Assembly (NCBI GenBank): GCA_965178125.1
Contig: OZ237744.1
Location: 806,001-870,000 of the forward strand
Reading direction: 5' to 3'
From: Bilabrum cf. latius
Taxonomy: Eukaryota
Length of the DNA stretch: 64,000 nt
The notes under the pieces: model-generated
Databases searched by the model: none
The model's input: the letters and a program-made list of their open reading frames with translations, nothing else
Told to the model about the DNA's origin: nothing
Position numbers and translations under genes: made by a program
In this document: in pieces, positions 49,501 through 62,100 of the stretch
Position numbering within the stretch: position 1 is the first letter of the stretch
Layout: every line of letters begins with the position of its first letter

Positions 49501-51349
49501 CGTCCTACATAATAGCTCAGGTCGCATCCGAAACGCGGGATGCGAGTGCCGATGGGCTGCTTCCAGTATACGTCCCTGATCCAGTCCTTCACTGCCTGCT
49601 ACACGGCGGGGCTGCCAGGTGTCTGGTTCCTGGGAGCCACGGGGCTGCATGTCTGCGTGGCGACACAGGATGGATCGTCCAAGATGACCTGAGCAGAGAT
49701 AAATTGTTCATAGTCCTTTATATGGTTTGGTACTCCTTGTGATTCATCTAGACCGATTGTGGGTTCCTTGTTAGGACGACCGAACCTGTCGCACAGCATG
49801 GATCCAGCGTCTGAGTAGTCATATTGAGATTGCCCACCCGGGGATAGCACAGACGGGATGGAGGCTACGTTCATCATCGTCTGCACCACGTACCCTTCAT
49901 TGATGCGCCACGGGTAGGCGACACGCGGGAACTCTGCCCTGTCAGTCGTTGCTTGCACAACCATCTCGGCCACCGTCCCGGGGGGATACACCACGGTGAG
50001 GAGCTGATGCCATCTGTTGTCGACACCTGCCCCTGAGGATGGAAACCGGTAATCAAGTGTACCTGGTGGATTGGGGATGTGAGCTATTGTTCCGTGCAAC
50101 GTTTTCTCCGAAAGGAGATAATTGTTCTACGGGAAATGTTTTGCGTTCTTCGCCCACGGCTCGCCGTAGTCGTAGAAGCAGTCGCGCGGATCGGACGTGG
50201 CGTTCCAGTTGGGCCCACGCCAGAGAGTGGCCTGCCTGCATGTGTCATTGGGTGCTATGGGTACTCCGGCAGGCGTGCACACATCGCCCAGCTGCACGGC
50301 GGGACAAAGCCGTAATGGAACCTTGAACTTAGCTACTCGCGACTGCAGCTTAAGGTCTTCGTAAAAGCCATACTCCAGACTGTGCCCGTGAGTGACACTA
50401 CTTAGTTTTGCAGCGAAGAATGTCGGCGCCCACGGACGCTTGGATTCACCCACTGACGTTTCGCCGAGATATCGATGGTACGACCCTGTCAGCAGCTGGC
50501 CGGTCTCCTTGGACCTTCGTGGTGCACTTGGAAGCTCAAAAGTAAATACCCACTCCTCCGTCGTCCACGGCTCCACTGATCGAGTCGGAGGCAACAACGC
50601 GCTGCTCCGAGGTGACACACCCACAGCATATGGGGCCTCCTGCGGGGATGCTGCAGCCGGGTACCTCCCGTCCATCGGAGCCGACAGCGTCGCGTTCACC
50701 AGACACTCCTCGATGGCCGCAGAAGCGCCGTCAGTGCCGTTCTGCCTGCACGCCGCGATCGGACCCATCGCACCTCCAGTGCCCCCAGGCATGGCCCCGC
50801 CCCACTGCCACCGAGACATGTTGCCGGGGTACCGAGGGGTCCATGGGATGGGCACCAGCTCGCAGCCGGCCTGGTCAGCGCCATCAGGAGACGGGCGCGC
50901 CGCGGCATCGGCAGAGTCGATGACACGCTTGTCTCGAGTGGCATGGACACCGATGCCGATGGAGCTGGGGCCCCGAGTGGCGAACCATGTGGCTGCGAGG
51001 GGAGTGAAACAGGAAGCAAAACAAAGGTGGGCCACTCTGCTTTGCTGCATCTCGCCGGACTAAGTGACAATGCAGCTGCACAGCACAAGTACTAAACGAT
51101 GCAGGACTAATCTGCCCGTACAATTCGCAGAAGGGGTGAGGCGGACACCGAGACTCTATCGGAGGTGCAGGACTTGAGTCTATGCACACACCATCGTTCT
51201 GGCGGTCGTCAACAGTGCGCACCCACATACTCACAATTGCATTTCGACACAGTGCTACTCCCAAACAGCTGAATCTGGGGCCCAGCAGATTCCATAGCGT
51301 CCCGTATACTGATCCCGTTCGTCATGATGATCAGAGTCAAGGCAAACAT
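46584..51349 (-). CDS. Variable surface/membrane protein family, copy B (start approximate)
   Basis: Paralogous to A in inverted orientation; same first-exon/intron layout (GISIRDAMESAGPQ...CN|); ends at TAA 46584-46586. Confidence 0.8.
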
Positions 51350-51818
51350 AACACGAATAAACGGAGAGCACGCGGATTTACTTGGCCTATAGAATCGTAC
51401 ACCAAATACTCTCGTGCGCCTTCGTGCTTCAACGCATGCGGCAGCACAGCAAAAGTCCAATATCAAGCCTCTGAGTTGTGCGCCTCCCATCTGCCAGTGA
51501 CACATCATGGTGCTTCGGTTCGTGCCAGCTGTGACGTCCCAACGTGATCGCAGAGCAATCAATAATAGTCTCGTGGACAACGATTCAAACGTAGTCGCAG
51601 TAGGAGCTTTGCAATGAAGGCAGTGGATTTATGGTGCTAGCGGGCGCAATGACGAATGCACGCCACCGGCGGCATCTGGGTCGCAAGCGGTCGGAGAAAA
51701 TAAGGTATGCTTGAATTCCAATAAATGCACACTACGAGCAAAATTGTGTAAGGCCGCTCGATCACACAGCCCTACGTACAAGATTTGCTCTGCAAAATGC
51801 CCCCAGTATCGAGTTGGG

Positions 51819-54800
51819 TCAGTTCCTGCACGCCAACAAAACCACAGTCCAAACCACCGACAGCACAAGCGCCACACCCGACAGCCCCACAATCCACACC
51901 GTCGTGCCATCCACATGCTCCCAGTACAGCGATGGGTTCGATGCCAGCATCGCTATCGCGAACTCAGACAGGCGCTGCCCAACCACGCACTGCCGCCACC
52001 CACATGCCCCCGAAGCGCAAGCCAAAGCCCAGCTGAAGCCCCCGATCACACACGCATCTTCCAAGCCACGGAACCACGCAGCCGCCCCGTCCACCCAGCT
52101 GGCCCCGACAAGTCTCAGGACGCGCTGCCGCTCACTGCACGGGCTCCAAGCACCAGCCGTCTCACGATGTGTGTCGCGCGCCCTGCCTGCCAGCGGATCG
52201 AGGGCTTCGGATGCACCGGACCAGAATATCTGCAAGGCATCCCACTGCAGCGTGGCAAGAAATCGCACCAGGATGGTAGCTCCGATGTGCTGGCTGGCAT
52301 GCTGCCGAAGCGGCTGCTCTAGGGCACATGGGGCACTGGCGCTACCGATCTACTGATGAATCCATCCACGACGCGATTTGCTGGCTCCTTTCGCCACCGC
52401 TTCGTCGGATGTTGGGCTGCGATCAGACGCCCCTTGATCATTATCAGATTCTGAGCTTTTCTCCGGGTCTGCTTGCTACCGTCGCAGCTGTCCTGGCAGA
52501 TCGTAGTCATTGAGGCTATCCATTACTCCTGAGTCCATTGAGTAGCGCCAGCCTCGGTTGGGCTTATTGAGGGAGCTCACGCTTCCGCTTGAGGTGCCGG
52601 TGGTCTCGCTCGTGCCTGCTCCGAATCCAGCGATGCGGACGGCAATCGTTGGATCTGTCCCCACCTTCGCTAGTGTCCGCCGTTCCCGACTGCTGCCCAG
52701 GGCATCCCGACACGATGGAAGCTCTTCATTGCGATCCGACGTGACGTGGCTTGTTTCCGACAAGTTGATGAAATGAGACGAGTAGCTGTTACCGCCTTTT
52801 TCCGACTCAGATGAACCCGATTCCTGACCTGCCGCAACTCTACCGATGTTCCTGCTTCTCTTCAACCGGCCCGCTGACTCGACATACCGAGACGGGTCTT
52901 TCGGACCAAGGAATGCTCCTCCATGAACAACATAAAGCAGCCAACGGGACACCACTACCACCATGAGTCCTCCTAGGACCACCACACCGGGTCCATTCAG
53001 CCGCAGCAACAGGAGCATGACACCAAAGCAAACATACTGCGCCCAGCGCCACAGACTCAACACACCCACCAGCCCACCACACAGCTGGCCACAGCGCAAC
53101 GGCTCACCAACCAAGGCTGCACAGCGCCATGCTGACTCTGATTGGTCCCCTGCAGCATCAGTGCCACTGTGCTCGCTGCTCCGATGCTGGATGCTCACAC
53201 CCGCTGTCAGATTCGACACGGGACTACTAGCAAAGCTGCGGTCGCTCTCCGCACCTGGTGACCACTCGCCAACCAGCAATGGCGCTGTCAATGACCGCAA
53301 GTGACGCTCACGCAGATATTGACCACGCACGCCCCAACATACAACCATAAACATCGAACTCAGTAACAGCACCATCAACACCCCCAGCTACACCCCGCCA
53401 GACACGCTCACCCATGATCCCGCGCCAAAACCATCGCACTCACTGGCATGCTCAGCATACCCGCCCGACAAGCAAGGCAGACGCACGCGGTATGACACAC
53501 TCCCTGCGTCCACCGCCGGCAGCCACGCTCCCCCCTCCGCCCCGGGACGATGCCCGCGCAAAATGCCCACCAGCTACTGAGCAAGTGTCCCGGCCGACCG
53601 ACCACGCTGCACGCCACCACTCACAGATGAAGGATACAACACTGCTCCCAGCTCCTTCAGAGACACTTGCACACGCACATGCATCGGGAACGAGTCCACA
53701 CCCACACGCCCAGGCGCCCGCACCCACATCACGCGACTCTCGATCGACCGCGTCTGCAGTCGCGCCACCACCGTGTCGTTGCCTGCTGTCCTGTTCACAC
53801 GCTCCCCGATCCCCACCTCCACGCCCCGTCCGCGCACAGTCCAGTCCACCTCGCCCAGCAAGTCGCCCACGTCGGCCGACACCTCCGCCTCCAGCCGACG
53901 CACCTGCGCCGCTGTGGGCTGAGGGTAGTCCAGACCCACATCCCCCACCGAGCTGGACTACGCCGCTGGCCAGTAGCTGCGGTCGAATGACAGAGTCAGC
54001 CACACGTCCGCGCGGCTCGTCGGCTCCCGCTGCGCCCACAATGACTGCCACGACACGCTGCTGCCCACGTCGCGCACGCACCGCATGTCCGTCTCCACCT
54101 CGTCTCCCAGCCTGTACCGAGGCGCATGCCACGCGCCCCACCCAGACCAGCTCCCGAACGATGCCACCATGCCCCCGCCCTGACGGTCCGATCGAGGCAC
54201 CACGCTCTCGCTCTGCACCAGCGACGGATACCCGCCCCACGCCGACAGCCACGGACGCGCCAGCGATGCCACCAGAGACATGCCATGCTGACCCGCATCA
54301 TGCCCAGACCCATCGCCAGCCCGCCGCTGCAGACCCACGTCCACGGCCACACGCGACGGATCCAAACACTCCGCCCGACACACAGGACGCATGAAGAACG
54401 CGCCCAGCGGCGACGTCTCCATGCATGTCCAGTACCCGCCCTGGATGGCCGGCAGGGACTTGTTGACGGGCGGCGCCGTCAGCCTCCAGAGCGCCGCGCC
54501 CCTGTACCTGGCCTTGGGCCCCTACAGCACGGGCCGGTCGGGCGACAGGGGCTGAGGGCCGTCTGAAATGGACTGGCGTGACGGTGATTGACTCAAGCTG
54601 GGGCCAGGTGCGGACTTGCCGCTTGGGTCCAATACTCGACTACTGGTCGATGATGCGTTCCATGACCCTCTGGCTGGGGCCTGGTCCGGCATGCCGTATC
54701 CTCCGATGGCGGCCATGCGGGTGGAGGCTGCAGCGGGGTAGTCCATGTGCACCAGATCGTACATGGGCGGCAGGAGCAAGCCGGACGGGTAGAAGTCTTT

Positions 54801-56537
54801 CCCCGCATAGTAGCTCAGGTCGCATCCGAAACGCGGGGTGCGAGTGCCGATGGGCTGCTTCCAGTACACGTCCCTGATCCAGTCCTTCACGGCCTGCTAC
54901 ACGGCGGGGCTGCCAGGTGTCTGGTTCCTGGGAGCCACGGGGCTGCATGTCTGCGTGGCGACACAGGATGGATCGTCCAAGATGACCTGGGCGGACACAA
55001 GTGGATCCAATCCGTGCAATGTCTCTGCACTTGCAACAGAATTCTCTGATTGCGATGCTGGTCGATCGAACCTGTCGCACAGCATGGATCCAGCGTCTGA
55101 GTAGTCATATTGAGATTGCCCACCCGGGGATAGCACAGACGGGATGGAGGCTACGTTCATCATCGTCTGCACCACGTACCCTTCATTGATGCGCCACGGG
55201 TAGGCGACACGCGGGAAGTCGGCTGGGTCAGTCGTTGCTTGCACAGCCATCTCGGCCACCGTCCCGGGGGGATACACCACGGTGAGGAGCTGATGCCATC
55301 TGTTGTCGACACCTGCCCCTGAGGATGGAAACCGGTAGTCAAGTGTACCTGGTGGATTGGGGATGTGAGATGCCTGACCTTGCTGCTCCGAGTGGGACTG
55401 CTGTGCTTTGCCCCTCGTGAACGTCTTGGCCGATGCAACCTGTGGCTGACCATAATCTTGGTAACAGTCGCGTGGATCCGTCGTCAAGTTCCAACTCGAC
55501 TAACGCCAAAGCGTGGCCTGCCTGCATGTGTCATTGGGTGCTATGGGTACTCCGGCAGGCGTGCACACATCACCAAGGAGAACTGGACCGCATGCCGCAA
55601 CTGGTAGATTGTATTGCGCTACCCTACTAAGCAGAGCAGGCGCATCAAACGCGCCAAAGACAAGACTGTGACCGTGAGTGTTAGCTTTGACCCCTTGAAC
55701 GCTATGCGTTGGCGCCCACGGACGCTTGGATTCACCCACTGACGAAATACCGGTGTACCTCTCATAGGACGCAGTCAGCATCGCACCAGTGGCTAGCGGT
55801 CTCGGAATATGTGGCTGCGCGAATGCAAGCGCCCACTCCTCCGTCGTCCACGGCTCCACTGATCGAGTCGGAGGCAACAACGCGCTGCTCCGAGGAGACA
55901 CACCCACAGCATATGGGGCCTCCTGCGGGGATGCTGCAGCCGGGTACCTCCCGTCCATCGGAGCCGACAGCGTCGCGTTCACCAGACACTCCTCGATGGC
56001 CGCAGAAGCGCCGTCAGTGCCGTTCTGCCTGCACGCCGCGATCGGACCCATCGCGCCTCCAGTGCCCCCAGGCATGGCCCCGCCCCACTGCCACCGAGAC
56101 ATGTTGCCGGGGTACCGAGGGGTCCATGGGATTGGCACCAGCTCGCAGCCGGCCTGGTCAGCGCCATCAGGAGACGGGCGCGCCGCGGCATCGGCAGAGT
56201 CGATGACACGCTTGTCTCGAGAGGCATGGACACCGATGCCGATGGAGCTGGGGCCTCGAGTGGCGAACCATGTGGCTGCGAGGGGAGTGAAACAGGAAGC
56301 AAAGCAAAGGTGGGCCACTCTGCTTTGCTGGATCTCGCCTAGCACACACCATCGTTCTGGCAGCCGTCAACAGTGCGCACCCACATACTCACAATTACAT
56401 TTCGACACCGTACTACTTCCAAACAGCTGAATCTGGGGCCCAGCAGATTCCATTGCGTCCCGTATACTGATCCCGTTTGTCGAACGAACAATCAGCAGTC
56501 CCGTGGCGAATAGAAGCTACATGAGTGAAAGCTCCAT
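51819..56537 (-). CDS. Variable surface/membrane protein family, copy C
   Basis: MELSLM[TAG]LLFATGLLIV signal exon; direct paralog of B; TGA 51819-51821. Confidence 0.8.
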
Positions 56538-56844
56538 ACGAAAAGAAGAGGTTACAGCCAGTGCTTTGGTGGCCTCCTAATTCCTGGGATTGGGTCTTTG
56601 CATCAGAGCTCCAGGCTCAAAACTACCTAATTCTTGCAGCTATCCCATCCATAGATCCAAGTCATGGCGCTTTTTGTCGCGTAAATTGTATGTACGGCTG
56701 ACCCGAAAGATAAAGGGTTAGTTTGTGAAAAAGAGAGATTAGAGGCTTGCGAAACTTTGCTGTGTGTTCGTGATCGCCCAGTCAATTCGGCGCCTGGTTT
56801 TAATCTTCTTCTTGAAAGTTCAACACGCTACAAAGACGCCTGCC

Positions 56845-59048
56845 AGTGAAAGAGAGGCTCCAGCACGGGCACCATCAAAGGATCGTGACCGACACCGGAC
56901 GATACGTTGAATGTGGACAAGTCGGGTACGCAGACGACTACGTGGCACTGACGTCGAACTGGAACGAAGCAGTGGCGGTCATGAAGCTAGTCAAGAGCCT
57001 GTTTGCACTTGCGGGCATGTAGCTGGGAATCAAGCCCCTGACAGCATCGGGCCAGGGAACCAAGACAGCGATCATGGCCTTTGGCTACGCTCGGGACTCA
57101 ATTCCTGGGGACATGCCAGAGGGCGTCGCATGCAGAGCAGCGGACGCGGGAGAGGCGGATGGGGAGTGGACCATCCCACTTGCCTCATCCTACCTGTACC
57201 TCGGTCTACTCATTTCGACCCAACCGGTACGGATCAGCCCAGATGAAGTAGCTGGGCTGACGCAGGCGAGAGACATCTGGGTAATTGATATGGCACCCCA
57301 CGTACGCAGGAGGATTGCGATGGCGTACCGGGCGGCCAGGGACATCACACGAGCGGCGGTGAACGGCAACTGGGCGGTCTCCCTGCACGCCCAGCTGCTC
57401 CATGCAGGAGCAATCACGAGTGCATTCTACGGAGCAGAGGCAGCGGCATGTGCAACAGGATGGGACACCTTGTCAGGATTAGGATATGGTTCCCAAGTTT
57501 TCTACGGGATGGAACTGAACCTGGAAGTCCTCAAGATGCTGGACAAATTCCTGCTGGATATGCGCTGGATGATTGTCAGCGGATCGACACAGGTAAGGCC
57601 CTTCACCATGGGCGGTCGATACGTGCCAAACCTTGCGATGGACACTGAGCTGCTGACGGCATCGGCAGCAGGGCGTGTTGCTATGGGCCTGCTGGACCTG
57701 ATCGAGTGTCCCTCGAAGAAGGGCCTTGATGTTGCGGCCAGGTTCATCCACCAGGGCCGATTCCTGCAGGGACCACCAGTACAGACAGGCCCACTCGGGG
57801 CCGCGCTGGCACTGGGATTCAGGATCAAGATGGCAGGGTGGACCCAACGGATCGATGACGCGAAGGACTGGCTGGGATGCCAGGAGACTGCAAAAAAAGT
57901 CACAAAGTGGAGGAAATCCAAATCCGGAGCTGCTGACCGATCGTTCACAAGCCTGAGCCTGGGATGCTCGCACGATCCGGCACTGTCGGATTGGGACCGG
58001 GAGAGCGCCGCGCTCGGAGTGGTCATGCTTAACCGGTACGCAACGAAGGGACGGTATGCCTTCGGACCAGGAGCCATGCCAACAGCAGCGGTGGTGCAGG
58101 AATACGGCCACCAAGGAAGACGAATTCTGCGCATCCGAGCTGGACAATACCCGCAACAGGGCACGCCCAACCTTCAAGTGATGGGCACCGCGGTAGAGCA
58201 GATGGAGCGGGCCGAGCATGACCATCATGCCGGAACGAGACCGTGGCAACCCGATGATGCGGATCAGAATAGAGGGAGGTCCCCTGCCTCTCTCCGGAAA
58301 GCATGGGCGAAGACAGCTCTCGCTCAGGACCCTTGGGACGAGAAGCTGGAGCGCACCAGCAGGGCCAAGCCAATCGTCGAAGACGCACTCACTCGGATAG
58401 AGCGTACGATTGCGCGGTCATCGGAACGGACAGCTGTCAAGGAGCTGGCCAACCGAGTGGTGCAGGTGATCAGGAACCAGCTGCGCTAGCAGGAGTAGCT
58501 GACGTGCAGGCAGTGGATGCGAGGCGATGCGGCGGCTGCTCTTGCCGCCACGGCCACGCAAGAGCTGATAGCGGCAACCAATGCGAACGCTCGGCTACAG
58601 CGACGGATGTTTAAGCCCCACGGCTTGCTAAGGGACATAGAGAGGCAATGGGCCAAAGGCATGAGCGCGTGCATGCTAGCCTCTCTGAAGGACCGTGAGA
58701 CGCAGAGACGGTCATGGAGGAGGAAATGGTGGGTCCCGGCAGGGGACCCTGATGTGGGACTGGACCGCGCTTTGTGCCGGGCACATGCTCCGCACCTGTA
58801 TGCTTTCTCCCTGTGAAGGCATCAGGCTGAGGGCTTGTGGGGGACCACATTGATGGCGAATGAAGGGGACTCGGCGGTGTAGGCTGAGATTGGGGGGCCT
58901 TTGGCCTGAAAGGGTCGGGGGTCTTGTAGTCCTTGTTTGAGGACTCCTCTGGATTCAGGTGATCACTCGAACTCCTTCGGGGGCAACGGTGCATCTGGGT
59001 GCTTGTGGAATCTTTACCCAACAATGTATTTCTGTATTTCTGTATTTA
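56845..59048 (+). mobile_element. 5'-truncated non-LTR retrotransposon (LINE-like), C-terminal half of RT
   Basis: YADD at 56927-56938 is in frame, via TAG 57020, with ORF 57074, which carries IPLASSYLYLG and AFYGAE (end-of-RT/thumb-like motifs). The frame continues through TAG 58487 and 58496 to TGA 58814-58816. 3' tail of (TGTATTTC)x2 + TGTATTTA at 59025-59048. Confidence 0.8.
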
Positions 59049-59197
59049 GTGGTCGCAACCGGAGCTGCCGCTTCACCAGCAGGGGATATTCATGTTGTTT
59101 CCGATTGTGATTCATGTTCCGTACTTGAAAAATGCCTGCATCGCACGCGAAAAATAAACATCCCACAGCCTCCACCCGACCTGCACCCGTCCAAAGG

Positions 59198-62100
59198 TCA
59201 GTTCCTGCACGCCAACAAAACCACAGTCCAAACCACCGACAGCACAAGCGCCACACCCGACAGCCCCACAATCCACACCGTCGTGCCATCCACATGCTCC
59301 CAGTACAGCGATGGGTTCGATGCCAGCATTGCCATCGCGAACTCAGACAGGCGCTGCCCAACCACGCACTGCCGCCACCCACATGCCCCCGAAGCGCAAG
59401 CCAAAGCCCAGCTGAAGCCCCCGATCACACACGCATCTTCCAAGCCACGGAACCACGCAGCCGCCCCGTCCACCCAGCTGGCCCCGACAAGTCTCAGGAC
59501 GCGCTGCCGCTCACTGCACGGGCTCCAAGCACCAGCCGTCTCACGATGTGTGTCGCGCGCCCTGCCTGCCAGCGGATCGAGGGCTTCGGATGCGCCGGAC
59601 CAGAATATCTGCAAGGCATCCCACTGAATTGCCATCAGGATTTCCATGAACACTGTGATACCAACGTGCTAACCAGCATGCAATCGCATAAGGGCCCTAC
59701 CCTCAGGGCCTCTGCGGCTGCCATTGCTGCTGCTTGAATCGGACGGCAACACTGCACCTGCACGGCCGTTCGTACTTCCAGGACCTGGCTGCAACGACAT
59801 GCCAACCGAGGCACTGCTGCTTCCTTGGCTCGCTTGTGGTTGCAGACCCTTCGGGGTACTGCTGCTTCCTTGGCTTGCTTGCGGTTGCAGACCCACCGAG
59901 GCACTGCTGCTTCCTTGGCTTGCTTGCGGCGGCAGACCCACCGAGGCACTGCTGCTTCCTTGGCTTGCTTGCGGCGGCAGACCCACCGAGGCACTGCTGC
60001 TTCCTTGGCTTGCTTGCGGCGGCAGACCCACCGAGGCACTGCTGCTTCCTTGGCTTGCTTGCGGCGGCAGACCCACCGAGGCACTGCTGCTTCCTTGGCT
60101 TGCTTGCGGCGGCAGACCCACCGAGGCACTGCTGCTTCCTTGGCTAGGTCGAGGAGGTTGCCCTGCAGAGGCATCGGTGCGATCCAAACCGAGCGGCTGA
60201 GCCAGCTCGATCTCCGCAGCATCAGCGTCGTCGTCACCGGAAGGGCTGCGTTGCTGCTCCTCATCGTTCTCAGCGTTGACACCATGGTTTGGATGGACAT
60301 CGGGCTTATCAGGTGCAACAACGTCCTCAAGATTCCCACCATGGAACGTTTTAATCACAGACTGTTCGTCTGAGTCACGATCTCTCCAATACTTCGATGA
60401 CCCTCCACTCGACACCTCTGATTCCGAGCTACTTCGGTCCTCTGATTCGCCTGCCTATATGGCTGCTCCGTGAGTAACCTCAACGTTTGACCCGGACATG
60501 TCGTCCAAGTCAGGCCCTACCTAGTCATTTCCGATCTGCTCCCTCTAGTAGCTATCCACGCTCAACACGCTGGAAGGAGAGCCACAACCACAGAATGCCC
60601 TCACCGCAACGGACAGTACCAGTCCTCCCAGGACCACCACACCGGGTCCATTCAGCCGCAGCAACAGGAGCATGACACCAAAGCAAACATACTGCGCCCA
60701 GCGCCACAGACTCAACACACCCACCAGCCCACCACACAGCTGGCCACAGCGCAACGGCTCACCAACCAAGGCTGCACAGCGCCATGCTGACTCTGATTGG
60801 CCCCCTGCAGCATCAGTGCCACTGTGCTCGCTGCTCCGATGCTGGATGCTCACACCCGCTGTCAGATTCGACACGGGACTACTAGCAAAGCTGCGGTCGC
60901 TCTCCGCACCTGGTGACCACTCCCCAACCAGCAATGGCGCTGTCAATGACCGCAAGTGACGCTCATGCAGATACCGACCACGCACGCCCCAACATACAAC
61001 CATAAACATCGAACTCAGTAACAGCACCATCAACACCCCCAGCTGCACCCCGCCAGACACGCTCACCCATGATCCCATTCCGAAACTTTCACAGTCGCTG
61101 GCATGCTCAGCATACCCGCCCGACAAGCAAGGCAGACGCACGCGGTATGACACACTCCCTGCGTCCACCGCCGGCAGCCACGCTCCCCCCTCCGCCCCGG
61201 GACGATGCCCGCGCAAAATGCCCACCAGCTACTGAGCAAGTGTCCCGGCCGACCGACCACGCTGCACGCCACCACTCACAGATGAAGGATACAGCACTGC
61301 TGCCAGCTCCTTCAGAGACACTTGCATACGCACATGCATCGGGAACGAGTCCACACCCACACGCCCAGGCGCCCGCACCCACATCACGCGACTCTCGATC
61401 GACCGCGTCTGCAGTCGCGCCACCACCGTGTCGTTGCCTGCTGTCCTGTTCACACGCTCCCCGATCCCCACCTCCACGCCCCGCCCGCGCACAGTCCAGT
61501 CCACCTCGCCCAGCAAGTCGCCCACATCGGCCGACACCTCCGCCTCCAGCCGACGCACCTGCGCCGCTGTGGGCTGAGGGTAGTCCAGACCCACATCACC
61601 CACCGAGCTGGACTACGCCGCTGGCCAGTAGCTGCGGTCGAATGACAGAGTCAGCCACACGTCCGCGCGGCTCGTCGGCTCCCGCTGCGCCCACAATGAC
61701 TGCCACGACACGCTGCGGCCCACGTCGCGCACGCACCGCATGTCCGTCTCCACCTCGTCTCCCAGCCTGTACCGAGGCGCATGCCACGCGCCCCACCCAG
61801 ACCAGCTCCCGAACGATGCCACCATGCCCCCGCCCTGACGGTCCGATCGAGGCACCACGCTCTCGCTCTGCACCAGCGACGGATACCCGCCCCACGCCGA
61901 CAGCCACGGACGCGCCAGCGATGCCACCAGAGACATGCCATGCTGACCCGCATCACGCCCAGACCCATCGCCAGCCCGCCGCTGCAGACCCACGTCCACG
62001 GCCACACGCGACGGATCCAAACACTCCGCCCGACACACAGGACGCATGAAGAACGCGCCCAGCGGCGACGTCTCCATGCATGTCCAATACCCGTCCTGGA

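Noticed and set aside
56845-59048. Diversity-generating retroelement driving the variable array
   Set aside because: The RT is a 5'-truncated LINE type, and the variable segments differ by indels and at all bases rather than by adenine-specific changes from a template repeat.
44012-62049. Recurrent 326-aa Pro-rich and 270-aa ORFs in each array copy
   Set aside because: These are antisense or alternative-frame shadows of the GC-rich constant block; the TAG-containing frame gives the coherent signal-peptide/TM protein.
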